Source of the DNA: Myxococcota bacterium
GTDB lineage: Bacteria > Myxococcota_A > Polyangia > Nannocystales > Nannocystaceae
Assembly: GCA_039028615.1 (NCBI GenBank)
Contig: JBCCHT010000008.1
Coordinates: forward strand, 64,001 to 128,000
DNA: 64,000 bases
Reading direction: 5' to 3'
A program made the position numbers and the translations under genes. This document shows, one piece after another, positions 37,321-47,096 of this stretch (within the stretch, counting starts at the first letter, position 1; each line of letters begins with the position of its first letter). A model generated the notes under the pieces. The model ran no database searches, had not been told where the DNA came from, and saw nothing but the letters and a program-made list of their open reading frames with translations.

Positions 37321-39135
37321 ATGACTCACCCCAAGTCCCCTTCTTGGCCCCACGCGCCGCAGCAACCCGGTCATCCCTCTCCCTATGGGGCTCAGCCTCA
37401 GCCCGGCCAACCCGGACCCGCCGCCCCGCAGCCGGGGGCCTACGGTGCTCAGCCCCATGCCGCCCCCCAACCCGGGGCCTACGGTGCACCGCAGGCGGGC
37501 CAACGAGCTCCGCAACAACCCGGGCACTACGGTGCGCCGCAACCGGGCCACCACGCGCCACAACCCGGGCCTTACGGTGCGCCGCAGCCCGGCCCGCACG
37601 CACCACAACCCGGTCAATACCCGCCGCCGCAGCCCGGCCAACACGCGCCGCAACCGGGCCAGTACCCGCCGCAACAACCCGGCTTCTACGGTGCGGCATC
37701 CCACGGCGTGCCCAACCCCGGGCAGTACGGCGCGCCTCATCCGGGCGGCTTCCCTCCGCCCGGCCAACCCGGCAGCCCCTGGGGTCAGGGCGCACCTCAT
37801 GTCGCGCCCCAGCGCCCCGCATCCAGCGGCCGCGGCAAGCTCATCGGAGGTGCGTTCCTGGCCCTCATCTGCGGCATCGCGCTGGTCCAGAATTCCCACG
37901 AGGCGTTCGACTCGGGTGAAGGCCTCGCCACCACCATCATCTTCGCGCTGTTCTTCGGAGGCTCGCTGCTGCTGGCGCTGACCGGGCTGTTCTCGGCCGC
38001 GGGCAAGCCCGCCCCCAAGGGCGTGGTGATCGGCGTACCCCTGGCCGCCGCCCTGCTCGGCGTAGGGGTCGGCCCCTTTGCGAGCACCGCCTACTGCGAG
38101 GCCGACGAGGCCACCCGCTACGAAGAGCTCACCGCGGCCATGGACCAGGGCGGCCTGTTCCTCGCCAGCCGCTGGACCACCGAGTACGAGCTCCAGGTCG
38201 ACGAAAAATTCCGCCGCAAGGAATGGCGCGCCCAGTGGATGGTCGCCCGCACCCGCGAGAGCATCGAGTACAAGGACGCCTCCGCCCTCCGACAGATCCT
38301 CGTGGAGATCGCCGAGTCGGGTGACCTCGAGCTCTACGCCGAGGCCGAGACCGCCGCGTCGCAGGCCTTTGGGCGCTACTACGAAGAGGCCAAGGCCAAG
38401 ATGTACGCGCCGCTGGCCGCCGGAGCCAGCCGCGAGTTCCCCGTCGACGAGAACCTGCGCGAGGCCTTCGGCACCATCCTCGAGCAGCTCACCCACGCCC
38501 CCGAGGCCAACGTCTACGTCGCGTTCACCAACGGCGTGCACCTCGAGCCGCCCGAAGGCACCGAGGAGCTGCTGGCGCTGTACCGCGACGACCCCAAGGC
38601 CAAGTCCGCGTTCCCCAAGGGCGCGCCCGTCATCGAGGCCAAGGACGCCTTCGGCTCCGCCTACGACTCCCGCCGCCGTCGCACCTTCATGACCGCGATG
38701 TCCGAGTCCTTCGGCCAGGTCTTCGACGCCAACCTCCTCACCCTGGTGCCCTTGGAAGAGGGAGCCTCGCGCGAGGGCAAGATCGTCATCGAGGTGTCGT
38801 CGAACATCGTGCGGCTACCGACCTTCTTCTTCTGGGAGCGCGAGCTCGCCGAGGCGCCGGGCACCACGAAGGTGGCCGGCCTGCTCTTCGGCATCGCCGT
38901 CGACTGGGAGCTGAAGGTCTACGGCCCCGAGGGCAAGCAGCTCTACGCCCAGCCCCCCGTGCGCAGCGAGCCCGCGGGCAACGTCAGCGTCTCGACCCAG
39001 CCCGGCGATCCCGACTGGGGCATGTACAGCGTGCTGATGGACTCCGCCTACTACAACTACAGCCGCCAGGTGACCGGCATGTTCGGCCTCACCCCGCCGC
39101 CCGAGCGCACCGTCTTTGCCTACAGCGGGGTCTAG
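37321..39135 (+). CDS. membrane protein with Pro/Gln/Gly/Tyr-rich N-terminal repeats
   Basis: ~160-aa (PQPG-xYGA) low-complexity region, three TM segments, soluble C-terminal domain. Confidence 0.85.
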   Translation: MTHPKSPSWPHAPQQPGHPSPYGAQPQPGQPGPAAPQPGAYGAQPHAAPQPGAYGAPQAGQRAPQQPGHYGAPQPGHHAPQPGPYGAPQPGPHAPQPGQYPPPQPGQHAPQPGQYPPQQPGFYGAASHGVPNPGQYGAPHPGGFPPPGQPGSPWGQGAPHVAPQRPASSGRGKLIGGAFLALICGIALVQNSHEAFDSGEGLATTIIFALFFGGSLLLALTGLFSAAGKPAPKGVVIGVPLAAALLGVGVGPFASTAYCEADEATRYEELTAAMDQGGLFLASRWTTEYELQVDEKFRRKEWRAQWMVARTRESIEYKDASALRQILVEIAESGDLELYAEAETAASQAFGRYYEEAKAKMYAPLAAGASREFPVDENLREAFGTILEQLTHAPEANVYVAFTNGVHLEPPEGTEELLALYRDDPKAKSAFPKGAPVIEAKDAFGSAYDSRRRRTFMTAMSESFGQVFDANLLTLVPLEEGASREGKIVIEVSSNIVRLPTFFFWERELAEAPGTTKVAGLLFGIAVDWELKVYGPEGKQLYAQPPVRSEPAGNVSVSTQPGDPDWGMYSVLMDSAYYNYSRQVTGMFGLTPPPERTVFAYSGV

Positions 39136-39170
39136 TCCCCGCGTCTTTGCCCCCTCACGGAAAGTCCCCC

Positions 39171-39659
39171 ATGTTCCGCCCCCGTTCACTCGCCCTGTTG
39201 TTGCCGGCTCTCGCCCTGAGCCTCGGCGCCTGCAAACCCGACATCCCCGAGGGCTTCGACAGCCTCGTACCCGCCGAGCACCGCGACGAGCTCGAGAAGG
39301 TCCTCGAAGAGAGCGAAGACCTCAAAAAGCCCGGTCGCGACCTGCTCATCCTCTGGTACGAAAAAGACGCGGTGAAGAAGTCCGAGCTCTATGCGGCCTA
39401 CAAAAAGCAGGTCGAGGGCCAGGGCTACAAACTGATGATCGAGTGTGAGGTCGACGATCCCGACTCGATGTCACTGGCCAAGGCGCCCAACGAGGCCATC
39501 AGCGTGTCCTTCCGCGACCTCGCCAGCGTGTGGCATACCGACGTCGAGCGCGTGCAGGTGGACTCCATCGGCCTGCCGCTGGACGTCGAGTGCAAGTTCA
39601 CCGAGCACGCCCAGTCGCTGTGCAAGAGCATCTCCGGCGACACCTGCTTCATGAAGTAG
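39171..39659 (+). CDS. lipoprotein of unknown function
   Basis: MFRPRSLALLLPALALSLGAC lipobox. Confidence 0.85.
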   Translation: MFRPRSLALLLPALALSLGACKPDIPEGFDSLVPAEHRDELEKVLEESEDLKKPGRDLLILWYEKDAVKKSELYAAYKKQVEGQGYKLMIECEVDDPDSMSLAKAPNEAISVSFRDLASVWHTDVERVQVDSIGLPLDVECKFTEHAQSLCKSISGDTCFMK

Positions 39660-39682
39660 GAGCCGCGACGGCCCGGCCCCCA

Positions 39683-39719
39683 CGGACCCCTCGGTGCCCC
39701 CGAGGGGTTCGTTCGTTTC
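39683..39719 (+). terminator. intrinsic terminator
   Basis: cggacccctcgg-tgccc-ccgaggggttcg followed by ttcgtttc. Confidence 0.6.
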
Positions 39720-39769
39720 GAGGGGCTCGCGCGCCGAAACGACAACGCGCAGCTCCGCCGCCACTCGAA

Positions 39770-41476
39770 CTAGTTCGATTCCTCGGAATCCGCCAGTTGC
39801 TCGCGGACCTCTTGCATGCTGACGAGATTGAAATCGTGACCGAAGATCTCTTTGTAAGCCTGATGAAACCCAGGATCACGTCGCAGTCCCTCGCAAATAG
39901 GCCAACTCCTATACGCAAGTTCCATCCTGGGATCTTCTCCTAGCCTCCGCACCCAGTGAACAGCATCCTTAAAATCATCTCTCAAAAGAGCTCGGGCAAG
40001 CTGGTACCTGTCAGCCAGGCAATCCCACTCGATCTCCGTCACAATGCGATCACAACGCTCTTGCCGGCCTGCCATCTTATTCGCAAGCGCGATGTTAATT
40101 CGAAACATGTGAGAATCTGACGTTCGTGTAAGCCTGGGCTGCTTCGTCACAGATGGGAACTCAAGGAGGCTGATTGCGAGTTCGTAGTCGCCTCGCCGAA
40201 CAATTTCCACCGCGAGATTGTTGAGATAGGAATCAGCCTCAGTGCCTTGATGCGGGAAGAATTTCTTCCAAAGGACATAGGCAAGCTTCACACCTGTCTC
40301 GAAAATCGCGTGATACGCCTCAACAAGGTACTCCGGGCTAGCATCAAGACGAGTTCCGATGCGAGACTCAACATCAGCGACGCCGGCCTTTCTGCAGTTC
40401 TCCACATATTGAATGGAAACACAGCCATCGGAGTGCACGAACAAGTTCCGGCGCTGAGTCACCTCCACGAACGGCGCCCAAAGCCGGGGAGGCGGAACGA
40501 GCACCAGCCCTGTCTTGCGCTCGAGCCATTTTATCTGCTCGACATGGCTCTTTCGCAAAACATCGTCAACAGTCGATGAAACAATATGTTCTCTCGCGTC
40601 ATCAAGACTGCTAAAAGACATCAACTCTGAGACACTAACTGTCCGCTCCGAGCTATTTAGAAGCTCGGGAGCAGCCCTGAACAACGCGCGAATAAGCTCA
40701 GATATCAAAACATCAAACTGACTCACCATTCCGACAACCAACATTCGAGGCATCACTCGAACTGCCGATCGAAGCTTACGATTCTGTCTTGTCCGACGAC
40801 GATACTCAATCAACCCCCCAGAAGTTAGAAAAAATTTCGCATTTGGTTGCAACTCGGTCTCTGCTTCAGACGTTGCCGATTCGTCCGCACCTTCGTTACT
40901 GAATATCCTTAGGAAGGTGTCCCCCCAGTCGGTGCCAGCGGTGAGCTTCGCCCCTATGATGCTGGCAATGAGGGCATCCAGTCGTTGTTTCAGATGCTCC
41001 GTCTCATCGCTGTCGCCCGTCTGCCTTACTCCGTCTTCAACATTTGACACGGGTCTGGTGCGCCGTGTCTGTCCCGCTTGCAAACCACTGGAAGCTTCCG
41101 ATTTCTCGGACGGAGCGCCTGGGCGTTCGAGCTCTGAGCTTGGGCCTGCTTCGTGATCATTCTGGGTGTCCGGTTTGGAAATCGACCCTGAGACCGCTCC
41201 TTCATCCGCTTTTTCTTCATCGGTAGCTCCATCCTCCTCGAACGCCTCGTCGTCTCCCGCATCGACGCCATGCGAGACCAAGAAATCGAACTGGGAGGAC
41301 TCGGCCAGGGCTCGGAGCAACGAGGCAAGGACCGTGAACATCGTCATCGAGTCAAACGTTCCGTCCAGACTCGTGGCGAAGTACTCAAGTGCCTGTTTGA
41401 TGTTCAAATCGGTCGATTGTGTCTCTTGTTCTGTAGATTGGTTCACGGCGGCTAGCTGTCCTCTCGGCATTGTCAC
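39770..41476 (-). CDS. lower-GC hypothetical protein with HEPN-like RxxxxH motif and helical C-terminus
   Basis: 568-aa ORF with many A/T-ending codons; RRNLFVHSDG (motif at 40433-40450). Confidence 0.75.
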   Translation of the reverse strand: MTMPRGQLAAVNQSTEQETQSTDLNIKQALEYFATSLDGTFDSMTMFTVLASLLRALAESSQFDFLVSHGVDAGDDEAFEEDGATDEEKADEGAVSGSISKPDTQNDHEAGPSSELERPGAPSEKSEASSGLQAGQTRRTRPVSNVEDGVRQTGDSDETEHLKQRLDALIASIIGAKLTAGTDWGDTFLRIFSNEGADESATSEAETELQPNAKFFLTSGGLIEYRRRTRQNRKLRSAVRVMPRMLVVGMVSQFDVLISELIRALFRAAPELLNSSERTVSVSELMSFSSLDDAREHIVSSTVDDVLRKSHVEQIKWLERKTGLVLVPPPRLWAPFVEVTQRRNLFVHSDGCVSIQYVENCRKAGVADVESRIGTRLDASPEYLVEAYHAIFETGVKLAYVLWKKFFPHQGTEADSYLNNLAVEIVRRGDYELAISLLEFPSVTKQPRLTRTSDSHMFRINIALANKMAGRQERCDRIVTEIEWDCLADRYQLARALLRDDFKDAVHWVRRLGEDPRMELAYRSWPICEGLRRDPGFHQAYKEIFGHDFNLVSMQEVREQLADSEESN

Positions 41477-41727
41477 TCCAAGCGAGCGAACGGCCTAGAG
41501 TGGAGTTCTGCACACTGACGTGGTTTAGCCAGAAAACGGACATACTGGAACGAACGTGCCATTCAAGAAAACAGAAGCGAGATCTTGAACACGGGTCATC
41601 ACCTAGGCTCCAATAGTCGGGACTTGGCTCATAGACGCTCTCACTTCATCACGAGCAAGAGGGGGAACGGCTTGAGTTCGGTATTCCCGCGCCGCCCTCT
41701 CTCGACCCGCAAGGATCGAATGCGCGC

Positions 41728-42648
41728 TCAGTCGTAGAGCCGACCGAAGTAGTAGCCGACGCCGATGCCCATGAAGAGGCCGGCGTGGTTACCCAGCTCG
41801 AAGCCCTGCCCGGGGCCGTTGGTGGCACCGAGGCGCTCGGCGATCCCGGTGCCCGGGTTGGCGTCGGACTCACCGTTTTGATCGGGCTCACGGTTGCCCG
41901 GGATGGCCCGAAACACCAGGCCGAACTCGGGATTGATCGACACGCGCCGACCGATGAAGATCTGCACCGCCGCCGGGATCTCGATGTCGACCTCGAGCGG
42001 GGTGTTGAAGGTCCGCTCGTTCTCCTCGAGCTCGCGGAAACCGACGTAGGTCAGGATGCGCAGGCCGATGCCGAAGTCGGCGTGCACCTGCTGATCGCGG
42101 GGGCCCTGGGCCGCCCAGAAGAACACGGAGGGGCCCACCGCCAGCGCGCCCACCGTGTTGGTGCGCCGAAACTCGCCCACGTCGTCGGACTCCCGATGGC
42201 CGAAGGTGGCAAAGCCGCCCGCGAGGCCGAGCGTAAAGCGGTGCCCGACATAGTAGCGAACGAACAGACCGTTGAGACCGGACAGCGAGCGCATCGCCCC
42301 GAAGCCCACCCGGTGTCGCATCAGCGCCATGCGGTCGCGGTCGTCCGCGATGGGCTCTTGGCGGGCCTCGGGCTCGTCGTCTTCTCCGCCGTCGCCATCC
42401 CCGTCGAGATCGATCCCGAGTTCGTCCTCCGCCGGGCTGGTCTTGGGCTCCGGCTCGGCCTCTTCGTTCTTGCCGCGGCGCCGCTTCGACTTCGGGGCGT
42501 CGACGCTGGTGTCGCCCTCGGACGCGCTGGCCACCTGCGGGAGCGACAACGATGCGACCAGGGTTGCCGCGCCGAGTCCGAGGCCGAGCCGCGAGCGCAG
42601 AGACGAGCCTGCGCTCGTCCGCCTCGCGCATGTCGAGGGCCGGTCCAC
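41728..42648 (-). CDS. putative outer-membrane beta-barrel protein, paralog B
   Basis: Signal peptide, charged linker, amphipathic strands ending GIGVGYYFG. Confidence 0.8.
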   Translation of the reverse strand: MDRPSTCARRTSAGSSLRSRLGLGLGAATLVASLSLPQVASASEGDTSVDAPKSKRRRGKNEEAEPEPKTSPAEDELGIDLDGDGDGGEDDEPEARQEPIADDRDRMALMRHRVGFGAMRSLSGLNGLFVRYYVGHRFTLGLAGGFATFGHRESDDVGEFRRTNTVGALAVGPSVFFWAAQGPRDQQVHADFGIGLRILTYVGFRELEENERTFNTPLEVDIEIPAAVQIFIGRRVSINPEFGLVFRAIPGNREPDQNGESDANPGTGIAERLGATNGPGQGFELGNHAGLFMGIGVGYYFGRLYD

Positions 42649-42654
42649 GACCGG

Positions 42655-43608
42655 TTAGTCGCGGAGCTTGCCGAAGTAGTAGCCGACGCCGATGCCCATG
42701 AAGAGCCCGGCGTGGTTGCCCAGCTCGAAGCCCAAGCCCGGGCCATTGGTCGTACCCAAGCGCTCACCCACGCCCGTGCCCGGGTTCGCGTCCGACTCGC
42801 CGTTGCCGTCGGGCTCACGGTTGCCGGGGATGATGCGGAAGGCCACGCCGAACTCGGGGTTGATCGAGACGCGGCGACCGATGAACAGCTGGATCGCGGC
42901 CGGAATCTCGACGTCGATCTCGATGGGCGTGTCGAGGGTGTCGGTCTGCTCGTTCTCCGACAGACCCAAGAAGCCGACGAAGCTCAGCACGCGCAGGCCG
43001 ACGCCGAAGTCGGCGTGCACCTGCTGGTTGCGGGGACCCTGCACGGGCCAGAAGAACATCTCCGGACCCACCGCCACCGCGCCCACCGTGCGGGTGCGGC
43101 CGAACTCTCCCATGTCGTCGGTGTCGCGGTGCGAGAAGGTGGCAACCCCGGTGGTCAGACCCAGGGTGAACCGGTTGGCGAGGTAGTAGCGCACGAACAG
43201 ACCGTTGAGCCCGGACACCGTACGCATGCCGCCGACGCCGACGCGCTTTTTCATGTTCGCGACCCGCTTGCCGCCGCCGTCACTGCTGCTGCTCGTGCTG
43301 ACGCTGACCGTGGGCTCGCCGTCGTCCTCGTCGACGTCGGCCGCGGTTTCTTCCTCGGTCACGCTTTCCTCGACCTCGGGCTCCGGCTCGGGCTCGGGTG
43401 CGGCCTCTTGTTTCTTCTTGCCGCCCTTGCCCTTCTTGGACTTCTTTTTCTTCTTCGACGGAGCCTCGACGTTCATCTCCATCCGCTTGCTGCCCTCGCC
43501 ATCGCTCGTCGCCGCCGAGGCCGCCTGAGGAAGTGCCAACAAAGCGGCGAGGGTTGCACCTCGCAACGCGAGACCGAGCAAGGGGGGAAGGGGCGAGCGC
43601 GTGCTCAT
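42655..43608 (-). CDS. putative outer-membrane beta-barrel protein, paralog A
   Basis: Same C-terminal domain as 41728-42648; signal ..QAASA; Lys-rich then acidic linker. Confidence 0.8.
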   Translation of the reverse strand: MSTRSPLPPLLGLALRGATLAALLALPQAASAATSDGEGSKRMEMNVEAPSKKKKKSKKGKGGKKKQEAAPEPEPEPEVEESVTEEETAADVDEDDGEPTVSVSTSSSSDGGGKRVANMKKRVGVGGMRTVSGLNGLFVRYYLANRFTLGLTTGVATFSHRDTDDMGEFGRTRTVGAVAVGPEMFFWPVQGPRNQQVHADFGVGLRVLSFVGFLGLSENEQTDTLDTPIEIDVEIPAAIQLFIGRRVSINPEFGVAFRIIPGNREPDGNGESDANPGTGVGERLGTTNGPGLGFELGNHAGLFMGIGVGYYFGKLRD

Positions 43609-43830
43609 CGGCCGCGAGTATACCGATGGCCGCGTCGGTGTCTGGCCCGCGTGTTGGTTCGGTGATCGAGATCGCGTACGTGCTCGAAATGTGGTCACGC
43701 GACGCACTGAAACCTGCACGAAATCACCCCTAGATGCCGTTTTATGGGGCTCCCAGACCCCGAGACCGGGGCCCCTCGATGCCTTTTTTTGACCCCTCGT
43801 TCGAGCTACGCTGGTCATTGGGTGAAATCG

Positions 43831-45675
43831 ATGCGACGAGCTCGAAAACGACGGACGGTATCCGGCGCGGCCCTACCCATGAGCCTCGGAGTCGCGGCGA
43901 CTCTGCTGCTCGCCGGGTGCGGCAACGTGGAGGGCATGGATCCCAGCGATCCAGCCCGTGGGCCTGGGCAACTGGTTGGCAACGGCGACCCGGTCTCGGC
44001 GGGTGACTTTGCCGGAGGCAACGACGCCATGCCGGCTCCGCGAGAGACCACGCTGCCCGCCGATGGCAGCCTGGCCGATTGCGAAGCCGACTGCCGCAGC
44101 TACTGCGACGGCCTCGACCTGGACAACCCGGTCAACCGCGGCATGTGTGCCTCGGCCTGGGGCGTGGGCCTGGCGTTGCGCCCGGTCGATCGCGCCGAAG
44201 CCTGCCGCCGCATCTACGCCGACTTCATCGGTCGCTTCCCCACCCCCACCGAGGTCGCCGAGGTCTGCAGCAGCGATCGCACCTGGGGCGAGGTCGTGAA
44301 CGCGGTGCTCGACATGGACGAGTACGTCCTCGTCAACCAGCGTCGCTGGGCCGACAAGCTGCTCTACAACAACCGCGCCGTGAACTTCGAGCGCGCCTTC
44401 GACATGGACGAGCTGGTGGGCAAGGCCTACCGCGGTCGCGTGTCGTGGGACCAGTTCGCCGCCGTCACCTCGGCTCACCCCATCATCATGCGGCGCATGG
44501 ACACCGCGGGTGACCGCGCCGAGTTCGTGTTCCGTCTGTTCCTCGGCCGCCCGCCCTACGAGCACGAGCGCTCCGACCTCGGCCGCCTGTATCGCCTGTG
44601 GAACAACGGGTACTGGGATCACCCGCACATCGGCACCGTCCCCGATGCGTTCGTCGAGTTCGCCTGTGTCGACAGCGCGGGCAACGTGGACCCGGGCACC
44701 ATCGGCGAGTGCACCAGCACCCAGTGGGGCTACCAAGAGCTCACCCTCGCCCCCGACCCCAAGCGCGCCGAAAAGAGCGGCGAGCAAGAGGGCCTTTTAT
44801 GGGCGGGCAAGCTGGAGGCCAGCGAGTGGGAGGCCCTGCAGCTGCCCGGTCGCATCATCTCCCAGCAGCCGGCCTTCTGGGAGACCGCGGTCGACGAGAC
44901 CCTCGAGCAATACCTCGGCTACGACCTGGCCACGCTGGTCCCCGAGGTGCGCAACGAGATGGTGCGCTACATCCTCGACTACAACGGGGACATCCGCTCC
45001 TTGCACTTCGCGGTGGCCACCTCGTTCGCGTACTTGCAGTCGGCCGAGGGTGCCTCGGCCACCGACCTGCGCTGGACCTACGGCCCGCTCAAGCAGATCC
45101 AGGTCGAAGGCTGGCTCGACACCATCAAGCACCACGGCGGCGTCCCCCTGGCGCAGTGTGACCATCGCCTGCCGCACCCCGAGGACTACGTCGGCGACAA
45201 CGCCGTCGAGGAAGCCCGCGGCTGGGCCTACTCGATGATCAACCACACCAACTGGGACGTCACCGAAGACCGCGACGTCATCAACAACTATCGCAACCTG
45301 GCCCGCACCCTGGGCGGCTGCCCCTCCAACGAGGTCGGCGGTCGCTTCACCACCGTCTCGGTGCTCAACACCGCGGTCCAAGAGGCGTTCATCGCCGACG
45401 TGTGCGGGCTCGGTACCCCGAACTTCCGCACCATGGAGCTTTCACGGTTGCTCCCCGACGGGGTCTCGGACAACCAAGCCCTCGACACGGCCACGGCCGA
45501 GGCCATCCTCGGTCACCAACAGCGGCTCTTCCTCGGGCGCGGCCTCAACGAGTCCGAGCTCGGGCTGGCCGCCGCCGCGGCCGAGACCTGCACCCCAGCC
45601 CCCTGTGACGCGGAGACCTTCGCCCGGCCCGCCTGCTTTGCCCTGCTCTCCAGCGCGGAGATGCTCTTCTACTAG
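43831..45675 (+). CDS. lipoprotein, probable partner of the DUF1501 protein
   Basis: LLAGC lipobox; RRIYADFIGRFPT..E, FRLFLGRPP, C-terminal CFALLSSAEMLFY. Confidence 0.75.
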   Translation: MRRARKRRTVSGAALPMSLGVAATLLLAGCGNVEGMDPSDPARGPGQLVGNGDPVSAGDFAGGNDAMPAPRETTLPADGSLADCEADCRSYCDGLDLDNPVNRGMCASAWGVGLALRPVDRAEACRRIYADFIGRFPTPTEVAEVCSSDRTWGEVVNAVLDMDEYVLVNQRRWADKLLYNNRAVNFERAFDMDELVGKAYRGRVSWDQFAAVTSAHPIIMRRMDTAGDRAEFVFRLFLGRPPYEHERSDLGRLYRLWNNGYWDHPHIGTVPDAFVEFACVDSAGNVDPGTIGECTSTQWGYQELTLAPDPKRAEKSGEQEGLLWAGKLEASEWEALQLPGRIISQQPAFWETAVDETLEQYLGYDLATLVPEVRNEMVRYILDYNGDIRSLHFAVATSFAYLQSAEGASATDLRWTYGPLKQIQVEGWLDTIKHHGGVPLAQCDHRLPHPEDYVGDNAVEEARGWAYSMINHTNWDVTEDRDVINNYRNLARTLGGCPSNEVGGRFTTVSVLNTAVQEAFIADVCGLGTPNFRTMELSRLLPDGVSDNQALDTATAEAILGHQQRLFLGRGLNESELGLAAAAAETCTPAPCDAETFARPACFALLSSAEMLFY

Positions 45676-45690
45676 GAAGGGAGAACAACG

Positions 45691-47076
45691 ATGACCACGT
45701 CGAACAAACGCCTCCCTCGCCTCACCCGCCGGCGCCTGCTCAAGGGCGCCGGAGTGGCCGCGGCCGCAGCCGCGTTCCCGCATGTCTGGGTCCCGCGCGA
45801 AGCCAAGGCCACCGTCGGCTTCGGCACCGCCAAGCACATCGTCTACATCCGCCTCAGCGCGGGCTTCCGCTTCCCCGTGGCCTTCAACGGGGCGATGGGC
45901 TCCGAGTTCAACCCCTTCGGTACCGCCAGCTCTGTGGCCAGCGGCACCGAGTGGGGCGTGGGCCGCATGCTCCAGCAGGACGCCTGGCTCACCGAGGAAC
46001 TCACCGACCTGGGCCTGCGCTCGGTCACGCAGTTCACCAACGACATGGCCGTGCTGCCGTGTGTCGATCACGAGCCGCTGTCCGGCAGCGCCGACGGCAA
46101 CCATCAAACCGGGCTCGAGCGCTTCCTGACCGGCTACGTGGGCGGCGACCTCGGTCTGTTCACCATGCTCAACTACGGCTTGCGCGACGTCGTGGCCGAG
46201 GCCGCGTCGATGGGCGACATCCGGCTGCCCGCGGTCATCATGGGCGAGTCGGGCATGGGTCGCGGCAGCGGCATCTACGGCGCCTATCGTCCGCCCGTGC
46301 TGCGCGGTGACGACCTCGCGCTGTTCGAGTCCAACGCCAGCTCGCAGCTCCCCGAGTGGGCCCGCAACCTTTCGTCTGGCTACGACCTGCAGCGCCGCGC
46401 CGAGGTCAACCCAGCGCACTTTTCCACCGTCGACGCCTACTTGCAGTCGCGCGAGGCGACCTTGGCCTACGCCGAGATCTTCGCCAGCGACATGCTCAAG
46501 ATCCGCGAGCCCTCCACCGAGCTGTACGACGGGGTCTCCAACAACGACCTGCGGCTCGCCTTCGGCGAGAGCGGGGCCGGGCGCAACGCTCACCTCGCCA
46601 TGCGCCTGTTCCACTTCGGCTGCCCCGCCGTCTATATCGACGAGGGCGGCTACGACTTCCACTCCGACGAGGAAGAGGCGCTGCCCGAGCGCATCCAGGG
46701 CTTCAACCGCCTGATGTCCGCGCTCGAGTGGGCGCTCAAAACCATGGAGCACCCCGACGGCGGCAGCTACTGGGATCACACCATCGTGGTCGCGGGCAGC
46801 GAGTTCTCCCGCAGCGGTCGCGGGGCGCCCTTCAACTCGGCGCGCGGCAGCGACCACGGCGGCGACTATGCGACCCGCTGGATGTCGATGCCCTTCATGG
46901 GCGGCCCCGTCGTCGCCCGCGGGCGGCAGATCGGTGCCACCAACCCCGACGACCTCAGCCCCGAGGGCGCGGTGTTCTCCTACCGCGGCATGTGGAAGAC
47001 CATGATGGACGCGGTCGGTGCCGACCACGAAGAGTTCTTCCCCGCCGACGAAGCCTTCGACGACCTGTTCGTCTGA
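45691..47076 (+). CDS. Tat-exported DUF1501-family protein
   Basis: TRRRLLK twin-arginine signal; GYDFHSD, GSEFSR, GSDH. Confidence 0.85.
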   Translation: MTTSNKRLPRLTRRRLLKGAGVAAAAAAFPHVWVPREAKATVGFGTAKHIVYIRLSAGFRFPVAFNGAMGSEFNPFGTASSVASGTEWGVGRMLQQDAWLTEELTDLGLRSVTQFTNDMAVLPCVDHEPLSGSADGNHQTGLERFLTGYVGGDLGLFTMLNYGLRDVVAEAASMGDIRLPAVIMGESGMGRGSGIYGAYRPPVLRGDDLALFESNASSQLPEWARNLSSGYDLQRRAEVNPAHFSTVDAYLQSREATLAYAEIFASDMLKIREPSTELYDGVSNNDLRLAFGESGAGRNAHLAMRLFHFGCPAVYIDEGGYDFHSDEEEALPERIQGFNRLMSALEWALKTMEHPDGGSYWDHTIVVAGSEFSRSGRGAPFNSARGSDHGGDYATRWMSMPFMGGPVVARGRQIGATNPDDLSPEGAVFSYRGMWKTMMDAVGADHEEFFPADEAFDDLFV

Positions 47077-47096
47077 TCGCGCCGCAGAGCCATCCC

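Noticed and set aside
41546..41562. Sigma-54 promoter upstream of the HEPN-like gene (TGGCAC-GTTCG-TTCC, minus strand)
   Set aside because: The -12 GC dinucleotide is missing; too weak to call.
41728..43250. Long direct repeat as mobile element ends or an assembly duplication
   Set aside because: The copies differ at many synonymous and some coding positions and each lies in an intact paralogous CDS.
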